Assembly (NCBI GenBank): GCA_034666705.1
Contig: JAXDLH010000023.1
Location: 1 to 45,534, forward strand
Direction of reading: 5' to 3'
Source of the DNA: Chloroflexota bacterium
GTDB taxonomy: Bacteria; Chloroflexota; UBA6077; SHYK01
Length of the DNA: 45,534 bases
Made by a program: the position numbers and the translations under genes. Positions within the stretch are counted from its first letter, which is position 1, and every line of letters begins with the position of its first letter. Positions 1 through 9,206 of this stretch are shown here, piece by piece. Below the pieces are notes generated by a model. That model did no database searches, was not told the DNA's origin, and was given only the letters and a program-made list of their open reading frames with translations.

Positions 1-28
1 CCCCGCGCGTCCCGCCAACCCGCTCATC

Positions 29-439
29 TTACTTCCACTCCCAGAGGGTCGTCACCGTATTGCCCTCGGCGTCGACCTCGTGCTCGCCGATGACCAGTAC
101 GCCCTTCAGCCGGCTGAACGCACCGGACTCGCCGGCCTGGTAGGCGATCGAGAAGCGCATCGCCATCGCCATCCCACTGCCTGTGGCCTTGCCCACTCCA
201 TGCCCATTCCAGATGGCGCCACCGTCAGCTCCCTGACTGATGCCCTGGCCCTCAGCGTAAATCTGCCCGGGAACCCGCTCGAATATGGTGTACGTCCCGA
301 TGTCCATGACCGGGGCGCCGGCTAACTGGCCCGTCTGCTGGACGGTGACTTCCATCTTCACGTAGCGGTAGTCGTCGCCCGGCAGCACGCGCATGCCCGT
401 CGTTCGCCCCGTCAACTCGCCGATCTTCTCGCCCAACAT
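29..439 (-). CDS. hypothetical small protein (136 aa, Gly/Thr-rich, probably beta-rich)
   Basis: ORF 29..553 trimmed to the ATG at 437-439, which is preceded by GCAGGAGGGCACATC (AGGAGG-type RBS). No family motif recognised. Confidence 0.5.
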   Translation of the reverse strand: MLGEKIGELTGRTTGMRVLPGDDYRYVKMEVTVQQTGQLAGAPVMDIGTYTIFERVPGQIYAEGQGISQGADGGAIWNGHGVGKATGSGMAMAMRFSIAYQAGESGAFSRLKGVLVIGEHEVDAEGNTVTTLWEWK

Positions 440-601
440 GATGTGCCCTCCTGCATTCTGAATTCGGAGATGGACGCGTGAATCCAGCGATGGACGCGCC
501 ACCGCAGCATACTCCCCACTGGGTCGCGGCACCAGATGACGTTGACAGCCCATTGCTACTAACCTATCGTCGCGTAGACATCATTGTCAGGGGGCGCGCC
601 C

Positions 602-1063
602 ATGCAGGGGCTGTCGCACATCGGGCTGAAGAGCACGAACCTCGCACGCTCGGAGCGGTTCTACACCGGTATGCTCGGCGGGGAGGCGGTGCAGCGCCGC
701 GAGATGCCAGACCGGCGCGTGTGGATCCAGGTCAGCGGCGTACGGCTGGAGATCGCCGAGTTGCCCGCCTGGGGCCGGCTCGACGAGGAGCAGCGACGGG
801 CGTTGCCGATGATCTCGTTCCTGGTTACTCCCGACGAAGTGGACCCGATCGTGGCGCGCCTCGTCACTGCGGGCGTACCGCACGATGGACCCAAGCTCAA
901 GGCCACCGGCAATGGCGTAGGCGTCTACTTCGGCGATCCGGACGGTAACCCACTTGCGCTCTCCTGCAACGAGGGCTACGTGCGCGAGGGCCTGGAGCGC
1001 AACACCACCCGCATCTGGGCGGCCGCGCCGTACGATTGGACGCCGGTATCCGAGCCGGTGTAA
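602..1063 (+). CDS. VOC family protein (glyoxalase / bleomycin resistance / extradiol dioxygenase fold)
   Basis: Translation MQGLSHIGLKSTNLARSERFYTGMLGGE... and ...GVGVYFGDPDGNPLAL match the paired beta-alpha-beta-beta-beta VOC modules. ATG 602 (AGGGGG upstream) preferred over TTG 584. Confidence 0.8.
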   Translation: MQGLSHIGLKSTNLARSERFYTGMLGGEAVQRREMPDRRVWIQVSGVRLEIAELPAWGRLDEEQRRALPMISFLVTPDEVDPIVARLVTAGVPHDGPKLKATGNGVGVYFGDPDGNPLALSCNEGYVREGLERNTTRIWAAAPYDWTPVSEPV

Positions 1064-1359
1064 GGCTAGCGCCCATGTGTACGATGATGACATGGAGACG
1101 AGCGACCTGGGCTGACTCCTTCTCATCTTGGACATAACCATCGACGGCGTCGGCGGCCTACTGCTGCTCCGAGTGCGTTTCCCGATCCTCGGCCATCTGC
1201 CCGGCGACCTCGTCTGCCAGCGGGACGGCGTACCGGTATTCCTGCCGTTGACCACGATGGTCCTCATCAGCGTCGTACTGACGCTGATACTGAATGCGGT
1301 CGGGCGGCTCTGGCGCTAGATGTCTGCCCCCGGGCTAGCCGCGACACCGTTCACTTTGG

Positions 1360-1414
1360 CCGAAGATGCCCAAGAAGCCCATCCTTCGGAGAGGGGTATC
1401 TTGGGCATCTTCGG
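1360..1414. terminator. perfect 16-bp inverted repeat (CCGAAGATGCCCAAGA / TCTTGGGCATCTTCGG) with a 23-nt loop, immediately 3' of the protease gene
   Basis: Arms at 1360-1375 and 1399-1414 are exact reverse complements. There is no clear U-tract on either strand, so function as a terminator or RNA-stability hairpin is inferred from position only. Confidence 0.4.
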
Positions 1415-1417
1415 AAC

Positions 1418-1792
1418 TCAGCGCGGATCGAGGCGGCTGACGCGTAGGCCCTCGACCGGGATCAAACGTTGCGCCACTTGATCCACGCCCAGAACGAGCG
1501 CCTCCAGCGTGACTGCGCCAAGCAGATTCGGCTCTCCCGGTCCGTTGAAGATCACCGGAGTAACTCCCTCCAGGCCCGCCACGCGGACCCGCGCGTCGCC
1601 AACGTCGCTTTCGACGACGTCGCCACTCGCCAGCCGAAACGACTGCCGGCGCGCAGGCTGGATCCCCAACCGACGCAGTATGTCGCCTGGCACCGCGGTG
1701 AACGTCGAGCCCCTGTCCACCACAGCCTCAATCGTTTCGAAGTGCGTGGCTGCCAGGTCGCCGATCTGCACGGGAACGCTGAACGTCGTCAC
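1418..1792 (-). CDS. retropepsin-like (clan AA) aspartic protease domain protein
   Basis: 124-aa ORF, GTG start with GGAGGG RBS 7 nt upstream. Size and layout (…EAVVDRGSTFTAVP… …GVTPVIF… LLGAVTLEAL) match single-domain bacterial retropepsin-like proteases. The active-site motif reads D-R-G-S rather than D-T/S-G-A. Confidence 0.65.
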   Translation of the reverse strand: MTTFSVPVQIGDLAATHFETIEAVVDRGSTFTAVPGDILRRLGIQPARRQSFRLASGDVVESDVGDARVRVAGLEGVTPVIFNGPGEPNLLGAVTLEALVLGVDQVAQRLIPVEGLRVSRLDPR

Positions 1793-1968
1793 TCCACTGC
1801 CCTCCGATGAGATCTGCGTGCCCTGAAAGCGAGTCTACCAAACCGAGCGTGATGGGCCGGTGCTCACGCGCCGCAAAGTCTCCCCCTCCACAGAAAACGG
1901 CGATAGGCGTACGATAGGGGATCGTCGGGGCCCGCGAGGGCTTCGCACCAGAAGGGGGAGCCAGGCAC

Positions 1969-2949
1969 ATGATCATCGATGCCCACGCGCACACGAACGG
2001 CGGCAACCTCGGCAACTACAAGGCCGGCTTGCTCTCGTCCCGAGCCCTCGCGCAGGGGAACTTCCATCAGGATGAAGAGTCACTCCGCAAGGCAGTGGAC
2101 AACCACATCAAGACGATCATGGACGACGTGGGGACCGACGTTCAGTTCATCTCACCCCGCCCGTTCCAATTGATGCACTCCGAGATCCCCACCAAGGTCG
2201 TCCACTACTATTGCCAGGCCTCGAACGACGTCGACGCGATGACCGTCAAGATCGCGCCCGACCGCTATCGCGCCGTGGCGTCCTTGCCCCAGGTCCCCAC
2301 TGAGCCGGTGAGCACGTGGATCCCGGAGCTGGAGCGCTGCGTCAACGAACTGGGGATGATCGGCTTGTTGATCAACCCGGACCCCTTTGAGGGCAGGGAT
2401 ACCTTTCCCGGTATGGGCGACGAGATCTGGTTCCCGCTCTACGAGAAGATGGTGGAGCTGGACGTGCCGGCCCTCATCCACTCGGCGACGACGGTCAATC
2501 CGTGGGACTATTACCAGAACTACTTCATCACCACCGAGACGTCGTGCATCCTGCAGATGATCGAGAAGCGGGTGTTCAACACCTTCCCCAACCTGAAGAT
2601 CATGGTCTCCCACGGCGGCGGCTCGATCCCCTACCAGATCGGGCGCTGGCGGTCGAACTTCGGGCGCATGATGGGACTCGATTTCGACGAGGAGCTGCGC
2701 AAGTTCTACTTCGACACCGCGCTCTACAACGTGGAGTCGCTCGAGCTCCTCTTCAAGATCGTCGGTACCGACCGCTGCATGTTCGGTACGGAGAACCCGG
2801 GCACCGGCACGTGGCGCTGGCCGAAGACCGGCAAGATGCTGGATGACACGAAGCCGCTCATCGAGAGCATCGAGTGGCTGACCGCAGAGGACAAGGCGAA
2901 CATCTTCGAGAATACGGCGAAGAAGGTCTTCTCCCGCTACAAGCCCTGA
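1969..2949 (+). CDS. amidohydrolase-2 family metal-dependent hydrolase/decarboxylase (ACMSD/LigW-like)
   Basis: N-terminal MIIDAHAH metal-binding motif, later HSATT, VSHGGGSIPYQ and MFGTENPG motifs typical of PF04909-type enzymes. GGGGGAG RBS before the ATG. Confidence 0.85.
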   Translation: MIIDAHAHTNGGNLGNYKAGLLSSRALAQGNFHQDEESLRKAVDNHIKTIMDDVGTDVQFISPRPFQLMHSEIPTKVVHYYCQASNDVDAMTVKIAPDRYRAVASLPQVPTEPVSTWIPELERCVNELGMIGLLINPDPFEGRDTFPGMGDEIWFPLYEKMVELDVPALIHSATTVNPWDYYQNYFITTETSCILQMIEKRVFNTFPNLKIMVSHGGGSIPYQIGRWRSNFGRMMGLDFDEELRKFYFDTALYNVESLELLFKIVGTDRCMFGTENPGTGTWRWPKTGKMLDDTKPLIESIEWLTAEDKANIFENTAKKVFSRYKP

Positions 2950-2959
2950 GTCAAACGCA

Positions 2960-3017
2960 ACAATCCGCCGCGTGCTGGGTCCGGATCCCGCTCCGGAACC
3001 GGCACGCGGCGGATTGT
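2960..3017. terminator. perfect 16-bp inverted repeat (ACAATCCGCCGCGTGC / GCACGCGGCGGATTGT) with a 26-nt partly self-pairing loop, between convergent genes
   Basis: Arms 2960-2975 and 3002-3017 are exact reverse complements. Lies 10 nt after the amidohydrolase stop. Candidate bidirectional terminator, but there is no strong U-tract. Confidence 0.45.
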
Positions 3018-3177
3018 CGGCTGGCCCTCCGGAAAGGGCGTTGCGGTGAAATCGTCGTTCTGCCCGCGACCGCGGTGCGCAGCCTTTTCGTATCATTCGG
3101 CGTCAGTCGCCGCCCGAGAGGAGCACGGTGGTCGTCACCCCGGGCTTCATGATTGGAAGCGTGGAAGCGACGCTGCG

Positions 3178-4299
3178 CTATTTGTCGAGCCCCCGCTGAA
3201 CGGCGCTATCGATCAGCGAGCGGTCGATCATTTTGCTGATGTCCACGCTCTTCACGGCCGGGTTGTCGACCGCTAGGGTCTCGACCGCATCGTTGAACTG
3301 ATCGACTGCCGGATAGGGTGGGCTCCCGCCTACTTTGAGGTAGAAGTCGTACGCCGCACCCATCGCGGTGGGATCCGTGTTCTGCAGCCACTTGCCGAGC
3401 ACCTCGATCGACTTCGCGCGGTCCTTGTGAGCCGCGGCCACGGCCTCGGTGATCGCGTCGACGTAGCGCTGGACAACGTCGTGGTTTGCGTTCAGGTAGG
3501 AGCGCTGTACGAGGGTCGTATTGTTCGGCGTAGGCAGGTTCAGGCCGGCCACGTCGACGAGCTGATGAAGCCCCGCAGCCTCTTCGATCAAGGAGCCCGG
3601 CGGCTGGTCCAGGCCGGCGTCGATCGCCCCATTCAGGAGCGCAGCCGTGCGGTTCTGGGCTGAACCCACGGTCACGACGTTGACGTCCTTGTCAGGGTCG
3701 AGGCCGAGGCGCTTAAGCACGACCCGACTGGCGATATCCGACGACGAGCCGTGCGCGCTGACGCCGATTTTCTTCCCACGCAGATCGTCCACGTTCCTGA
3801 TCTCGGGCCGCACCTCGAAGACGTACGGGTAGATACCGATCGTCGTCGCCACCGACACGAGATCCGCGCCGGTGCTGTTCGCGCTCACCGCCTCGGAGCC
3901 GCCGCCACTCGTGATCTGCACCTGATTGGCAAGGAGTGCGGATACCGCATTCGAGCTCGCGATGAACTGCAGGTCCACGTCGAGCCCGTGCTTCTGGAAG
4001 TAGCCGCCGTCCTGCGCCATCCATACCGGCAGGATGCCCATGAATGTCTCGCTATAGGCGACGGTGAGCTTCGTGGGCGTGGAAGGGATAGCCGGGCCGT
4101 TGCTGCTCGCCGGCGCCGGGCTGCCGTTCGACGGTGCCGGACTGCTCTGCGCCGGGCTTGCCCCTTGGGCGGCGCCCACTGAAATCGTTGGTGCCGGCTG
4201 CGAGCCGGTGGGTGCCGCGCAGGCCGCCAGTATCAGCATGCCAATCAGGGCAATCGCCGGTGCCAGGCCAAACTGCTTGATGGGGATGCGCAATCGCAC
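3178..4299 (-). CDS. ABC-type substrate-binding lipoprotein, NMT1/THI5-like (NitT/TauT family)
   Basis: Lipoprotein signal (…IGMLILAAC-AAP), Ser/Pro-rich linker, then KLTVAYSETFMGILPVWMAQDGGYFQKHGLDVDL… and GKKIGVSAHGSSSD typical of NMT1-like binding proteins. GTG start with AGGAGG RBS. Confidence 0.85.
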   Translation of the reverse strand: MRLRIPIKQFGLAPAIALIGMLILAACAAPTGSQPAPTISVGAAQGASPAQSSPAPSNGSPAPASSNGPAIPSTPTKLTVAYSETFMGILPVWMAQDGGYFQKHGLDVDLQFIASSNAVSALLANQVQITSGGGSEAVSANSTGADLVSVATTIGIYPYVFEVRPEIRNVDDLRGKKIGVSAHGSSSDIASRVVLKRLGLDPDKDVNVVTVGSAQNRTAALLNGAIDAGLDQPPGSLIEEAAGLHQLVDVAGLNLPTPNNTTLVQRSYLNANHDVVQRYVDAITEAVAAAHKDRAKSIEVLGKWLQNTDPTAMGAAYDFYLKVGGSPPYPAVDQFNDAVETLAVDNPAVKSVDISKMIDRSLIDSAVQRGLDK

Positions 4300-4447
4300 G
4301 ATCCGTGCCTCCTCTACCCAGATGATTCCTATTACGTTGTAGCGCAGTAGGGAGGGAGCTTGCCCACAGTACCTGGAGGCGATTGGTGGGTCCCACTATA
4401 AGGTGAGCGTCGCCGCCCAACAGCGCAAGAGACCCCGGTGAACGGTC

Positions 4448-5962
4448 TTACGCGCTGGGTGCAGCGAGCGGCAAAGTGAAACGGAATGTCACCGTGCCGG
4501 CGGCGCTCTCCGCCCAGATGCGGCCGCCATGGGCGCGGACCAGCTCGCGGCAGATGTAGAGACCGAGGCCCAGGCCGCCTGCGCCGGTATTGCGCGCCCG
4601 GCTGCTCCGGTAGAAGCGGCGAAAGAGTTGCCCGATCTCCTCGTGGCTGAGATCCGACCCCTCGTTGACTACGGCGATCTCGACATTTTCATCGTGAACC
4701 GTGATCGACGTCTGGATTGGGGTGCCCGGCGTTCCGTACTTCGCGGCGTTGGTGATCAGGTTGCCCACCACCTGTTCCAGCCGTCCCGGGTCGGCGGAAA
4801 TGCGTGGAATTGCCCCCGCCACCACGAACTGCACCGGGTGGTCCCCGAGCGTCTCCGCCATGCGGCCAACGGCGGCCCTAAGCAGCGTAGGCAGATCGAC
4901 CATCAACGGCTCGAGCTTCAGCCGCCCCGCACTCAGGAGCGATGAATCGAGCAGGTCGCTGATCATGCGGTAGAGCTGCCGCGCGCTGGCCAAAATGTGC
5001 TCCACGGCCTGCTGCTCGGTCTCGCCCGCATCTCGTGCTGCGCCCAGCGCCTGCAAGAGTTGCGCATGGGCCGCTACGGCCGCGACCGGTTGACGCAGGT
5101 CGTGCGCGATCGCAGAGGTCCACTCCTCGCGGAGCCGCTCGAGCTCCTTCAACACCGAGATGTCCTGGTAGGAGACGACGGCTCCGGTCACCTCACCATC
5201 GGGCGCACGCACCGGCGCGGCACGGCCGAGCACTGGTAAAGGCTGGCCATGGGGCTGGAGCACCACCAACTCCTCACTATCAATACTCTCCCCACGCAGG
5301 GCCCGGCTCGTGAGCAGCTCTTCGAGCTCCAGCCGCTGCCCGTCGGGTCGCAGCACGAGGCCCACCCGTTGCTCGTGGCCGCGCGCCGGATCAAGTGGTC
5401 CGAAGATCTCCACCGCGCGAGTGTTCTGCTCCAGCCGCCCGGTGACGGCGTCGACCGCGATGATTGCGTCCGGCACTGCCGCAAGCAAGGCCTGGAGACG
5501 GCGCTGCTCGGCCTCGGCGGCATTGCGCGCTTCTTGCTCGCGGCGGAGCAGCTCGGTGCGCTCGCTTACGTCGCGGATCACTGAGGTTACGAGCAGCCCG
5601 CGCTCGGTGTGCAGCGGGCTAAGGCTAATCTCGACTGGCAGCTCGCGTCCGTCCTTACAGCGGGCATAGAGCTCCAGCCCCATACCCATCGGCCGGGTGC
5701 GTGGAGCGGCGACGTAGCCCGCACGATGGCCCACGTGCGCCTCACGAAAGCGCTCGGGCAGCAGGATGTCCTGCACCTGCCCGCGCAGCTCGTCACGGGT
5801 ATAGCCGAACGTCTCCTCGGCTTGGCGGTTGACGAGGACGATGCGGCCCCGATCGTCGACGATGACGATCGGATCGGGGGCGGAATCGAGCAGGCCCTGG
5901 AAGAGCGCCTCTGATGACGCGAGCTGCGTCGTCTGCCGCGATGCCTCCGGCTCAGCAGCCAC
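4448..5962 (-). CDS. PAS-domain sensor histidine kinase
   Basis: Two PAS-like segments (…SAPDPIVIVDDRGRIVLVN… ; …AVPDAIIAVDAVTGRL…), H-box EWTSAIAHDLRQP, N-box NLITNAAKYG and G-box GGLGLGLYICRELV. GTG start with GGAGGG RBS overlapping the regulator stop. Confidence 0.9.
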   Translation of the reverse strand: MAAEPEASRQTTQLASSEALFQGLLDSAPDPIVIVDDRGRIVLVNRQAEETFGYTRDELRGQVQDILLPERFREAHVGHRAGYVAAPRTRPMGMGLELYARCKDGRELPVEISLSPLHTERGLLVTSVIRDVSERTELLRREQEARNAAEAEQRRLQALLAAVPDAIIAVDAVTGRLEQNTRAVEIFGPLDPARGHEQRVGLVLRPDGQRLELEELLTSRALRGESIDSEELVVLQPHGQPLPVLGRAAPVRAPDGEVTGAVVSYQDISVLKELERLREEWTSAIAHDLRQPVAAVAAHAQLLQALGAARDAGETEQQAVEHILASARQLYRMISDLLDSSLLSAGRLKLEPLMVDLPTLLRAAVGRMAETLGDHPVQFVVAGAIPRISADPGRLEQVVGNLITNAAKYGTPGTPIQTSITVHDENVEIAVVNEGSDLSHEEIGQLFRRFYRSSRARNTGAGGLGLGLYICRELVRAHGGRIWAESAAGTVTFRFTLPLAAPSA

Positions 5963-5970
5963 GAACCCTC

Positions 5971-6627
5971 CTACGCCTCGGTCCCGTTCACCAGCCCGTT
6001 TCGCAGGGCGAAGGCCACAACCTGGGCACGGTTTTGCACGTGGAGCTTGTCGAGGATATTGCGCAGGTGATACTTCACGGTGTTCTCGCTCACGATGAGC
6101 CGCTCAGCGAGCTCGCGGTTCGAGGTGATCCCCTGCACCAGCAACTCCAGCACCTCACGCTCGCGCTCCGTCAGCGCGTCCGGATCATGATCGCGCGATG
6201 TGGCCTGGGGCGCTGGCTTGGCAAATTCGCCGAGCAGTTTGCGGGCGAGGCCCGGGGTGAGCGCGGGTTCGCCGCGGCCAACCCCTTCGAGCAGCCCGAA
6301 TAGCTCGTCGGCGCGCAGGTCCTTGAACACGTATCCCTGGGCGCCAGACTTGATCGCCTCGAAAAGGTCGCTGTCGTCCTCCGATGCAGTGAGGACCACC
6401 ACCCGCACTTCGGGCAGGTCGGCGCTGATGAGACGGGTAGCGGCCAGGCCGTCTAGCTCGGGCATGGAGAGATCCATCAGGACGATGTCTGGCCGCGCGC
6501 TCTGCGCCATCTCCACAGCCTCGCGGCCATTGCGCGCCGCGCCGACGACCTCGATCCCACGCGCCTCGAGCAATGAACGTAGCCCTTCGCGAAATAGGGC
6601 GTGGTCGTCGGCGATAACGACGCGCAT
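5971..6627 (-). CDS. NarL/FixJ (LuxR-type) response regulator
   Basis: REC domain (MRVVIADDH…DIVLMDLSMPELDG…) plus C-terminal LuxR HTH (LTEREREVLELLVQGITSNRELAERLIVSENTVKYHLRNIL). Start moved to ATG 6625-6627 (GAGGTGAG RBS). Confidence 0.9.
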   Translation of the reverse strand: MRVVIADDHALFREGLRSLLEARGIEVVGAARNGREAVEMAQSARPDIVLMDLSMPELDGLAATRLISADLPEVRVVVLTASEDDSDLFEAIKSGAQGYVFKDLRADELFGLLEGVGRGEPALTPGLARKLLGEFAKPAPQATSRDHDPDALTEREREVLELLVQGITSNRELAERLIVSENTVKYHLRNILDKLHVQNRAQVVAFALRNGLVNGTEA

Positions 6628-6713
6628 TGGCTCACCTCGTGGTCCAAGTATAGGAACAGCGACCGCCGTTGGGCGGTCGCTGTCGCGAGCAAGCGGTGTA
6701 ACGATGGGGTCAG

Positions 6714-7331
6714 TCACGCGGCCCGCGGTGCTTGAAGGAGATCATCCTCTCCTTGAACCCGCTTGTGGCGAACCAGGAACCCAGGTCGCCATGGGGTGCC
6801 GAGCGCTTGCAGCAACCAGCGGTCAGCGCCGATCCAGCCGGCGGTCTTCCAGGCCAGGACGAGCCACGTTGCGAAGGCGAACAGCAACGGGTTTGTCGAC
6901 GCGCTACCGGCCATCAGGTAGTTCCAGTTCATGAAGGCGCCCGTGAACGCCGCCACGCCGGTGAAGGCGCCGATGATGAGCGCGATGCCGACTGCCACCT
7001 CGCCGAGCGTCACCAGCTTGGCGAACCACACGTACGAACCGGTGTTCAGCAGCATTTCCATTATGCCGCGGTACCAATCAAAGGCGGCGACTGGCTTCGG
7101 GTCGACCGTGATTGCGCGCTGGAAGTAGCCCTGCAACGCCGTACCCGTGGTCATCCACGCCGGGTTCTGCAGCTTCTCCCACCCTGCGTAGAGCCACTGC
7201 CAGCCCAGCCAGAGGCGGAGCGGCAGCCAGAGCCACGCCAGCCTCGTATCGCTGAACAGGAAATGCGCGATGGGCGAGTCGGTGACGGCGACCGCATTGT
7301 GCGAGGCTCCGTTCCTGAAAATATTCTGCAT
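6714..7331 (-). CDS. DoxX/DoxD-like integral membrane protein
   Basis: 205 aa with about four hydrophobic helices. WLRLWLGWQWLYAGWEKL and …GEVAVGIALIIGAFTGVAAF… resemble DoxX/TQO small-subunit-like proteins. GGGAGGATGAG RBS. Confidence 0.7.
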   Translation of the reverse strand: MQNIFRNGASHNAVAVTDSPIAHFLFSDTRLAWLWLPLRLWLGWQWLYAGWEKLQNPAWMTTGTALQGYFQRAITVDPKPVAAFDWYRGIMEMLLNTGSYVWFAKLVTLGEVAVGIALIIGAFTGVAAFTGAFMNWNYLMAGSASTNPLLFAFATWLVLAWKTAGWIGADRWLLQALGTPWRPGFLVRHKRVQGEDDLLQAPRAA

Positions 7332-7537
7332 CTCATCCTCCCGTGTGGCGATGGCTACGTACTACGTCCACTGTATTGGCGTGCGAAATTGGAAGCCACG
7401 TGCGGCTGGGTAGTTTTCAGAGGCGCGCAATTGGGCAGCGGGTATCCCATCCAAACGTGCGAGTGGTCGGGTCGGCCCCACCCCAGCGGGTAGGAGCCTG
7501 TCCCGGCCACTCCGCAGGTGCCCGAGGCGAGCGCCTT

Positions 7538-8140
7538 CTATCCATAGAGCGTGTCAGCGCGGGCTTGCTCCATCGCGAGGTTGCGAGCTGCTACGAACCG
7601 GGCGTGGATCGGCCGGTCCGCATCGACGAGCTCGGAGAGCCGCCAGGCGTAAAGCTTACGCATCGCAGCGTCGAGGTCGGTCATGGCGAGCGTGCGAACG
7701 CTATTCAGCCCACCGTAGAAGCGGTCGCGGCTTGGCTCCAGCTTGTCGGCCAGGAATAGCACCTTCGCAATGGGGCCCATGTGCGTCGACCCGGTCACGT
7801 GGTCCCGCACTGCGTCGAGGATCTCTTCGTCGTCAATATCCCACTCGCGGCGCAGCACCTCAGCGCCGACTGGCGCGTGAAGCAGCTTGGGCACTCGTGC
7901 CTCGGTGAGGTCGACTGTAAGGTTGTAGCGCTCGGCAAGCTGGGCGAGCTTGCGATCCGAGTACCCTTCGGCGACGTCGTGCAGCAACGCGGCCAGGACC
8001 ACCCGCTCTTGATCGACGCCATGGGCGTGGGCGATCGTGCGGGCTAGCTCGACGGTGGCCTCAGTGTGGGTCAGCACCTCCGGTGAAACCTCTTCCGCCA
8101 GGCGGGCACGAATTGTGGCGAGGCTGGGCATGGTACGCAT
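7538..8140 (-). CDS. yqeK: HD-domain phosphohydrolase, YqeK-type bis(5'-nucleosyl)-tetraphosphatase-like
   Basis: H…HT, LLHDVAEG (HD motif), LHAPVGAEVL, AVRDHVTG and FLADKLEPSR follow the YqeK pattern. 200 aa. Confidence 0.75.
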   Translation of the reverse strand: MRTMPSLATIRARLAEEVSPEVLTHTEATVELARTIAHAHGVDQERVVLAALLHDVAEGYSDRKLAQLAERYNLTVDLTEARVPKLLHAPVGAEVLRREWDIDDEEILDAVRDHVTGSTHMGPIAKVLFLADKLEPSRDRFYGGLNSVRTLAMTDLDAAMRKLYAWRLSELVDADRPIHARFVAARNLAMEQARADTLYG

Positions 8141-8424
8141 TGTCAGTTCCCTTCTGGATCTCCCTGCGGTCTCGGTGGCGGTCGGCGCTCACTCGGGCTG
8201 TGCCACATGGATCGCGTTGCGTGCTAAGAGCGTCGTGCATTCGGTGGCTTGCACCCACACCCGATGAGGCAGTTCTGTACCCATCCCGCAGGGCGGGACG
8301 GCGACTACCCGCGGGTCCGGCTCGCAACTACCCCCAAGGACGTGGGGATGAGGCCCTCCCGCCGCCTATCGTTGCGGCATACCGCGCTGGCGGCACCGGC
8401 GCATGAACGAGGAGGACAACTGCA

Positions 8425-9159
8425 ATGACCACCACCCGCGCCACGTTTACCGACCGGGTTACCGCGCAGGATTTCGATAAGATGCCTGAGGAGTACCGCG
8501 ACCTCGTCATCCGCCTGCTGACGATCCAGGCCGATTGCGAGATCGGCGGGCCGCACGTCTATGGAAAACAGTGGTTTCTTGACGCCCCAACGGTTGACGA
8601 CATGTATCGGGTGACTACGATCCTGACCGAGGAGCTCGACCACTTCCGTCTGATGAACGGCCTGCTCCGGGAGATCGGCGTCGACCGGTCGGAGCTGCTG
8701 CGCCACACCCACGAGCAGCGCTACGTAGATGCGTTTCGGGTCGAGGGCGCACCGACCTGGGCGGACGTGGCGGCGTTCTGCGCGCTGATCGACCGGGTCG
8801 GCAAGTTCCAGATCCACGAGATGGTGGGCTCCTCCTTCGAGCCATTGGACCGGGTGGTGCCGCAAATCATCAAGGAGGAGCTGGGCCACGTGGGGTATGG
8901 CACCGCGCGGCTGGCAGAGCTGGCGGGGAGCCCGAATACCCATGAGCAGGCTCAGGAGGCAGTGAACCGCTGGTACCCGCGGGCGCTCGACTCGTTCGGG
9001 CAGTCCGGCTCGCGGCGTGCGGAACGGTATGTCGAGCTGGGGATCAAGCAGCATCTGAATGAGGAGGCGCGGGCGGCGTACATCACGGAGGTGAGCCCGA
9101 TCCTGACCCGCATGGGGCTGACCGTCCCACCGGCTGACTTCGACCGCCACTACGCATAG
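8425..9159 (+). CDS. PaaA/PaaC-like ferritin-fold di-iron protein (phenylacetate-catabolic protein family), orphan
   Basis: 244 aa. LLTIQADCEIGG, TEELDHF and KEELGHVGYG (E…ExxH-type ligand motifs) are typical of the PaaA/PaaC/BoxB-like family. GAGGAGG RBS. No other paa genes nearby. Confidence 0.7.
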   Translation: MTTTRATFTDRVTAQDFDKMPEEYRDLVIRLLTIQADCEIGGPHVYGKQWFLDAPTVDDMYRVTTILTEELDHFRLMNGLLREIGVDRSELLRHTHEQRYVDAFRVEGAPTWADVAAFCALIDRVGKFQIHEMVGSSFEPLDRVVPQIIKEELGHVGYGTARLAELAGSPNTHEQAQEAVNRWYPRALDSFGQSGSRRAERYVELGIKQHLNEEARAAYITEVSPILTRMGLTVPPADFDRHYA

Positions 9160-9206
9160 CGGTCTCGACGCGGTGCCTCCTGTCTGGCGATCAGTTGACG
9201 CCCTGA

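Noticed and set aside
1100-1330. Minus-strand open frame encoding a highly charged peptide (…APEPPDRIQYQRQYDADEDHRGQRQEYRYAVPLADEVAGQMAEDRETHSEQQ)
   Set aside because: It has no in-frame start codon with an RBS, it is below the ORF-track threshold, and it has no family resemblance. I cannot distinguish it from chance.
8141-8424. Possible riboswitch or leader RNA in the 284-bp spacer upstream of the PaaA/PaaC-like gene
   Set aside because: I could not find conserved riboswitch core motifs or a convincing terminator/antiterminator pair. The spacer is also the divergent promoter region for yqeK, which explains its length.
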